A DNA stretch of 48,833 nt from Nitrospiraceae bacterium (lineage in GTDB: Bacteria; Nitrospirota; Nitrospiria; Nitrospirales; Nitrospiraceae): positions 1-48,833 of the forward strand of contig DASWIN010000143.1 of the NCBI GenBank assembly GCA_036397655.1, in the 5' to 3' direction. Below the pieces are notes generated by a model. It had not been told where the DNA came from. It saw only the letters and a list, made by a program, of their open reading frames with translations, and searched no databases. Positions within the stretch are counted from its first letter, which is position 1. Every line of letters begins with the position of its first letter. Positions 45,583 to 48,833 of this stretch are shown piece after piece. The translations under genes were made by a program, and so were the position numbers.

Positions 45583-46874
45583 TGAACCAACCGCACGATG
45601 TCGAGCGTCCTCCCGATGTTGCGATCGTCATCCCGGCGTGGAACGAGCGGGACAATCTGGAGCTCCTGCTGCCGGCGCTGCAGGGCCAATTGGAGAGTCT
45701 GGACCTCCGGAATGAAATCGTCGTGGTCGACGCGGGATCGCACGACGGCACCCGCGAGGCGGCTGAGCGGTGGGGCGCCCGCGTGGTCCTGCAACGCAAG
45801 CCGGGCTATGGCGGCGCGCTGCTGGAGGGCCTGGCGTCCACCACGGCGCCCTATGTGGTCACGATGGACGCGGATTTATCGCACCGGCCGGTGTTTATCG
45901 AGGAATTCTGGAAGCGGCGCCAAGAGGCGGATCTGCTGATCGCGTCGCGCTACGTGCCCGGCGGCAAGGCCGACATGAGCCTGCTGCGGCGGTTTCTGAG
46001 CCTTGTCTTGAACCGGACCTACAGCCGTGTGCTGTCGCTGCCGGTGGGCGACCTGTCGAGCGGGTTTCGCATGTACCGCCGGGACCTGTTGGGGGGGCTG
46101 GCGGTCAGGGCGCGCGATTTCGATGTACTGGAGGAAATCCTGATCCGCGTGCACGCGGACGGGCGGCGCATCCTCGAAGTGCCCTTCCATTATATGGCGC
46201 GGGGCGCGGGGCGGTCGCATGCCAAGCTGATCAAGTTCGGATGGGCCCTCTTCAAGACGCTGGTCCGTTTGTGGCGGCTGCGCAACTCACTGGAATCCGC
46301 GGACTATGACTATCGCGCCTACGGCAGCCCGATCTGGCTCCAGCGCTACTGGCACCGGACGAGGCACCGGATGGTGCTGGAATTTGTCCGCGGACAGCAG
46401 CGCGTGCTGGACGTCGGCTGCGGTTCGAGCCGCATCATTCTGGATCTGCCGGATGCGGTCGGATACGACATTCAGCAGCACAAGCTCCGCTGGCTGGTGC
46501 CGAGGCACCGGCGGGTGGTCCGCGGCACCTGTCTCGTCCTGCCGTTTCGAAGCGGCAGCATGGATGCGGTGATCAATTCGCGTGTCATCGAGCAGGTCCC
46601 GGACGGTCCGGCCCTCCTGAGCGAAACGAAGCGTGTCCTCAAGCCGGGCGGCCTGCTTGTGCTGGGGACGCCGGATTACGGGCGGTGGCTCTATGGGGTG
46701 CTCGAATGGATCTACGGGAAGATCCTGCCCGGCGCCTACGCGCAGGAACACGTCACGCAGTTCACCCGCGCGTCGCTGCTGGCGAAGCTTCGTGAGGCTG
46801 GCTTCGACGTGCTGGGGTACAAGTATGTCGGGTTCTGCGAACTGATCGTGCAGGCAAAAAAACCGGACGGCTGA
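45582..46874 (+). CDS. Fusion protein: N-terminal DPM1/GtrB-like GT2 (polyprenyl-phosphate glycosyltransferase type) plus C-terminal SAM-dependent methyltransferase
   Basis: The start ATG shares one base with the upstream TGA (TGATG). VAIVIPAWNERDNL, VVDAGSHDGT, MDADLSH, and SGFRMYRR resemble dolichyl/polyprenyl-phosphate sugar synthases. The C-terminal part has VLDVGCGSSRI and VLKPGGLLVLGTPD. Confidence 0.8.
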   Translation: MNQPHDVERPPDVAIVIPAWNERDNLELLLPALQGQLESLDLRNEIVVVDAGSHDGTREAAERWGARVVLQRKPGYGGALLEGLASTTAPYVVTMDADLSHRPVFIEEFWKRRQEADLLIASRYVPGGKADMSLLRRFLSLVLNRTYSRVLSLPVGDLSSGFRMYRRDLLGGLAVRARDFDVLEEILIRVHADGRRILEVPFHYMARGAGRSHAKLIKFGWALFKTLVRLWRLRNSLESADYDYRAYGSPIWLQRYWHRTRHRMVLEFVRGQQRVLDVGCGSSRIILDLPDAVGYDIQQHKLRWLVPRHRRVVRGTCLVLPFRSGSMDAVINSRVIEQVPDGPALLSETKRVLKPGGLLVLGTPDYGRWLYGVLEWIYGKILPGAYAQEHVTQFTRASLLAKLREAGFDVLGYKYVGFCELIVQAKKPDG

Positions 46875-46879
46875 ATAAT

Positions 46880-47986
46880 ATGCGGCTTGGAATCGATGGG
46901 CGGGAGCTGTCGGTTGGAGTAAGAACCGGTATCGGGCGCTATCTGGACGCCGTGGTTCACGGAGCCCAGCAGCAGAGGGTCGAGTGCCTGGTCTACTCCG
47001 ACTGCGGCCTGCCCGAACTGGTCGGGCGCCATGGCATCTCCGTACGGATCATTCCCCGGAGGCCCACCCTGTGGTGGGACCAGGTCAGTCTGCCGCGCCA
47101 ACTGGCCGAAGACAGGATTTCCGTCTTTCTCTCCCCCTATTATAAGTGTCCGCTGCGGTCGCCCTGTCCGGTCGTGCTGACGATTCACGATCTCCTGTTC
47201 ATTGAATATCTCGGCAGGCGTCGCCCGCTCTATGACCGGGCGATGACGTGGCTGGCCGGCCTCTATGCAGGACGGGCCGCCGCAATCATCACCGATTCGG
47301 AGCATGCCAGGCGGACGATCCTGTCACGGTTGGGCCTCAGCCCGGAGCGCGTGACGGCGATTCCGCTGTCGGTGGCGCCTGAGTTTCGCCCCGTCCCGTT
47401 CACCGAAGAGTTGTCGCGACGCTACGGCGTACGCCGGCCCTATGTGCTGTCCGTCGGGAATTTCCTGCCGCACAAGAATCTTGCCCGGCTCGTCCAGGCC
47501 TTTACCCTGCTGCCCGGCCACCTCAGGCGGGATTGCTCCCTCGTATTGGCCGGGGATGACGCCGGCAAACGCGACGTGATTTTGCGCGAAGCGCGTCGTC
47601 TCGGGATTGAGAAACACATCGTCATGACGGGCCTGGTGGCCGATGCCGATCTGCCGGCCCTCTACGCGGGCTGCGACGCGTTTGTAATGCCGTCTCTGGA
47701 TGAGGGCTTCGGCCTGCCCGCTTTGGAGGCGATGGCCTGCGGAGCGCCGGTGATCGCTTCCAACCGGGCCTCGCTGCCGGAAGTGGTCGGCAAGGCGGGC
47801 CTGCTGGTCGATCCCTACGATACGGCCGCGATCGGATCGGCGATCGCATCCGTGCTGTCCGATCGGGCGCTGCGGGAGGACCTGCGCCGCAGGTCGCTGG
47901 AGCGCGCTGAAGTCTTTCGCGGTGACGGTGCGGTGCAGCGCGTGCTGGCGATTGTGCGGGCCGTCTCACGGGCGGAAATCGGCTAG
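46880..47986 (+). CDS. Glycosyltransferase family 4 (GT-B)
   Basis: [11 protein letters not shown]...RTGIGRY N-terminus (mannosyltransferase-like GT4). [34 protein letters not shown] (E-x7-E block). Confidence 0.87.
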   Translation: MRLGIDGRELSVGVRTGIGRYLDAVVHGAQQQRVECLVYSDCGLPELVGRHGISVRIIPRRPTLWWDQVSLPRQLAEDRISVFLSPYYKCPLRSPCPVVLTIHDLLFIEYLGRRRPLYDRAMTWLAGLYAGRAAAIITDSEHARRTILSRLGLSPERVTAIPLSVAPEFRPVPFTEELSRRYGVRRPYVLSVGNFLPHKNLARLVQAFTLLPGHLRRDCSLVLAGDDAGKRDVILREARRLGIEKHIVMTGLVADADLPALYAGCDAFVMPSLDEGFGLPALEAMACGAPVIASNRASLPEVVGKAGLLVDPYDTAAIGSAIASVLSDRALREDLRRRSLERAEVFRGDGAVQRVLAIVRAVSRAEIG

Positions 47987-48013
47987 TTCAGGCGGTGGAT
48001 TGAGGCGGGGGAC

Positions 48014-48833
48014 ATGCGAATGCCCGAAAAAGCGGGCGGCAACCGTGCGATGTACGAGGAGGCCATGATGGCCGAGACCTGTCCCTGCGGCAGCCGTGAA
48101 TGGGAAAACGCCGCGGTCCAACAGATGCGACGCTGTCGGGGGTGCGGGTTGCTGGCGCCGGTCCATCGGCCGGACGGGCGTGATCTCACGGAATGGTATG
48201 AAAAGGAATACTGGAAGCACTATCACGAGGAGCAGATGGGAACGGGCCGGGATAATCTCTACCGGCACGCGCTGGCCTGGCTGAACCGCTGGTTGCCAGG
48301 ACGGGTGACGGTGCTGGATATCGGATGCGGAGGCGGGAGGTTTCTCTCTTTCTGCCAGGCGAAGGGGTGGAAGGCGATCGGCGTCGAGCCGTCGCAGGAG
48401 GCCGCCGTCTACACCCGACGGCGCGGGCTGGACGTCCACAGCCAGACCTGGCCGGTCCTGGACATCGCGGATGAGTCCGTCGAGGTTGTCACCTTCATCA
48501 ATGTGCTGGACCATCTGCCCGATCCCTTCGGGGCCCTGCGGGAGGCCGCGCGCGTGCTCAAGCCGGGGGGCCTGCTCTATATCCGTGTTGTCAACGCACC
48601 GCTCCACGCATGGGTGAAGCGGTCGCTCGCCTCTGTGGGGTTGGATCAGGTGGCGGTCCTGCACCTCTATGGATTCGGACGGCGGAGCCTGTCCCGTTTG
48701 CTTCCCCGATTCGGGTTCATGCCGATTGCGGTGCGGGCGGCGCCGCCCGCGAAGGGGCATCCGTACGACACGGATTCGACGCTCCTCGACTGGGGCTACG
48801 GCTTGCTCAAGCAGGCGGACCGGTCGTGGTATT
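48014..48833 (+). CDS. Class I SAM-dependent methyltransferase with N-terminal Cys4 zinc ribbon (3' end truncated by window edge)
   Basis: Absent from the ORF track because it runs off the 3' edge. Manual translation gives ...MMAETCPCGSREWENAAVQQMRRCRGCGLLAPVHRP...VTVLDIGCGGGRFLSF...FINVLDHLPDPFGALREAARVLKPGGLLYIRVVN..., open to position 48833. It is a paralog of ORF 41596-42618. The start is the ATG at 48014 or the ATG at 48065 (GAGGAGG 3 nt upstream). Confidence 0.8.
   Translation, partial: MRMPEKAGGNRAMYEEAMMAETCPCGSREWENAAVQQMRRCRGCGLLAPVHRPDGRDLTEWYEKEYWKHYHEEQMGTGRDNLYRHALAWLNRWLPGRVTVLDIGCGGGRFLSFCQAKGWKAIGVEPSQEAAVYTRRRGLDVHSQTWPVLDIADESVEVVTFINVLDHLPDPFGALREAARVLKPGGLLYIRVVNAPLHAWVKRSLASVGLDQVAVLHLYGFGRRSLSRLLPRFGFMPIAVRAAPPAKGHPYDTDSTLLDWGYGLLKQADRSWY

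Noticed and set aside
47966-48760. 264-aa minus-strand ORF at the 3' end of the window
   Set aside because: The plus strand here encodes a methyltransferase with a clear Zn ribbon and SAM motifs, paralogous to 41596-42618. The minus-strand product is Arg/Pro-rich without motifs.

Overview
High-GC bacterial chromosomal window; gene content and order are reminiscent of Nitrospirota-like genomes, but I cannot verify taxonomy. It has two parts. (1) Positions 1 to about 24.7 kb are housekeeping: argC (cut by the window edge), rplM-rpsI, two tandem DUF151 bifunctional-nuclease paralogs, an SDR, a YggX-like protein, tRNA-Leu(CAA), an orphan secreted protein, a TusA-like protein, rsmI and a NUDIX hydrolase. 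These are followed by a long same-strand run: ccsA/hemX-like, hemA, a small Zn-ribbon protein, hemC, cobA-hemD fusion, a CBS protein, hemB, ribF, tilS, hpt, ftsH, folP, glmM, comEC. (2) Positions 24.7 to 48.8 kb and beyond form a single-strand, tightly packed surface-polysaccharide locus with a largest intergenic gap of 103 nt. It is headed by an HD-GYP c-di-GMP phosphodiesterase gene and contains Wza-like, Wzc-like, O-antigen-ligase/Wzy-like and Wzx-like genes. It carries 9 glycosyltransferase domains (3 GT2, 4 GT4-type, 2 DUF2029/GT87-like membrane domains), one extended-SDR epimerase and 7 SAM-methyltransferase domains, and it includes two unusual fusions (GT2-DUF2029 and GT2-methyltransferase). 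The two signals most worth following up are: (a) a four-copy MITE-like palindromic repeat family of 192-280 bp that fills the only large intergenic gaps of the housekeeping region, abuts stop codons and keeps a central hairpin through compensatory changes; and (b) the methyltransferase-dense polysaccharide locus, which has a putative polyprenyl-phosphate-sugar / GT-C periplasmic decoration module. I could not recognise any CRISPR array, prophage, integrase, toxin-antitoxin or known defence system. Two edge-truncated genes (argC at the 5' edge, a methyltransferase at the 3' edge) are missing from the supplied ORF track and were recovered by manual translation. All functional calls rest on motif recognition by eye, with no database search.
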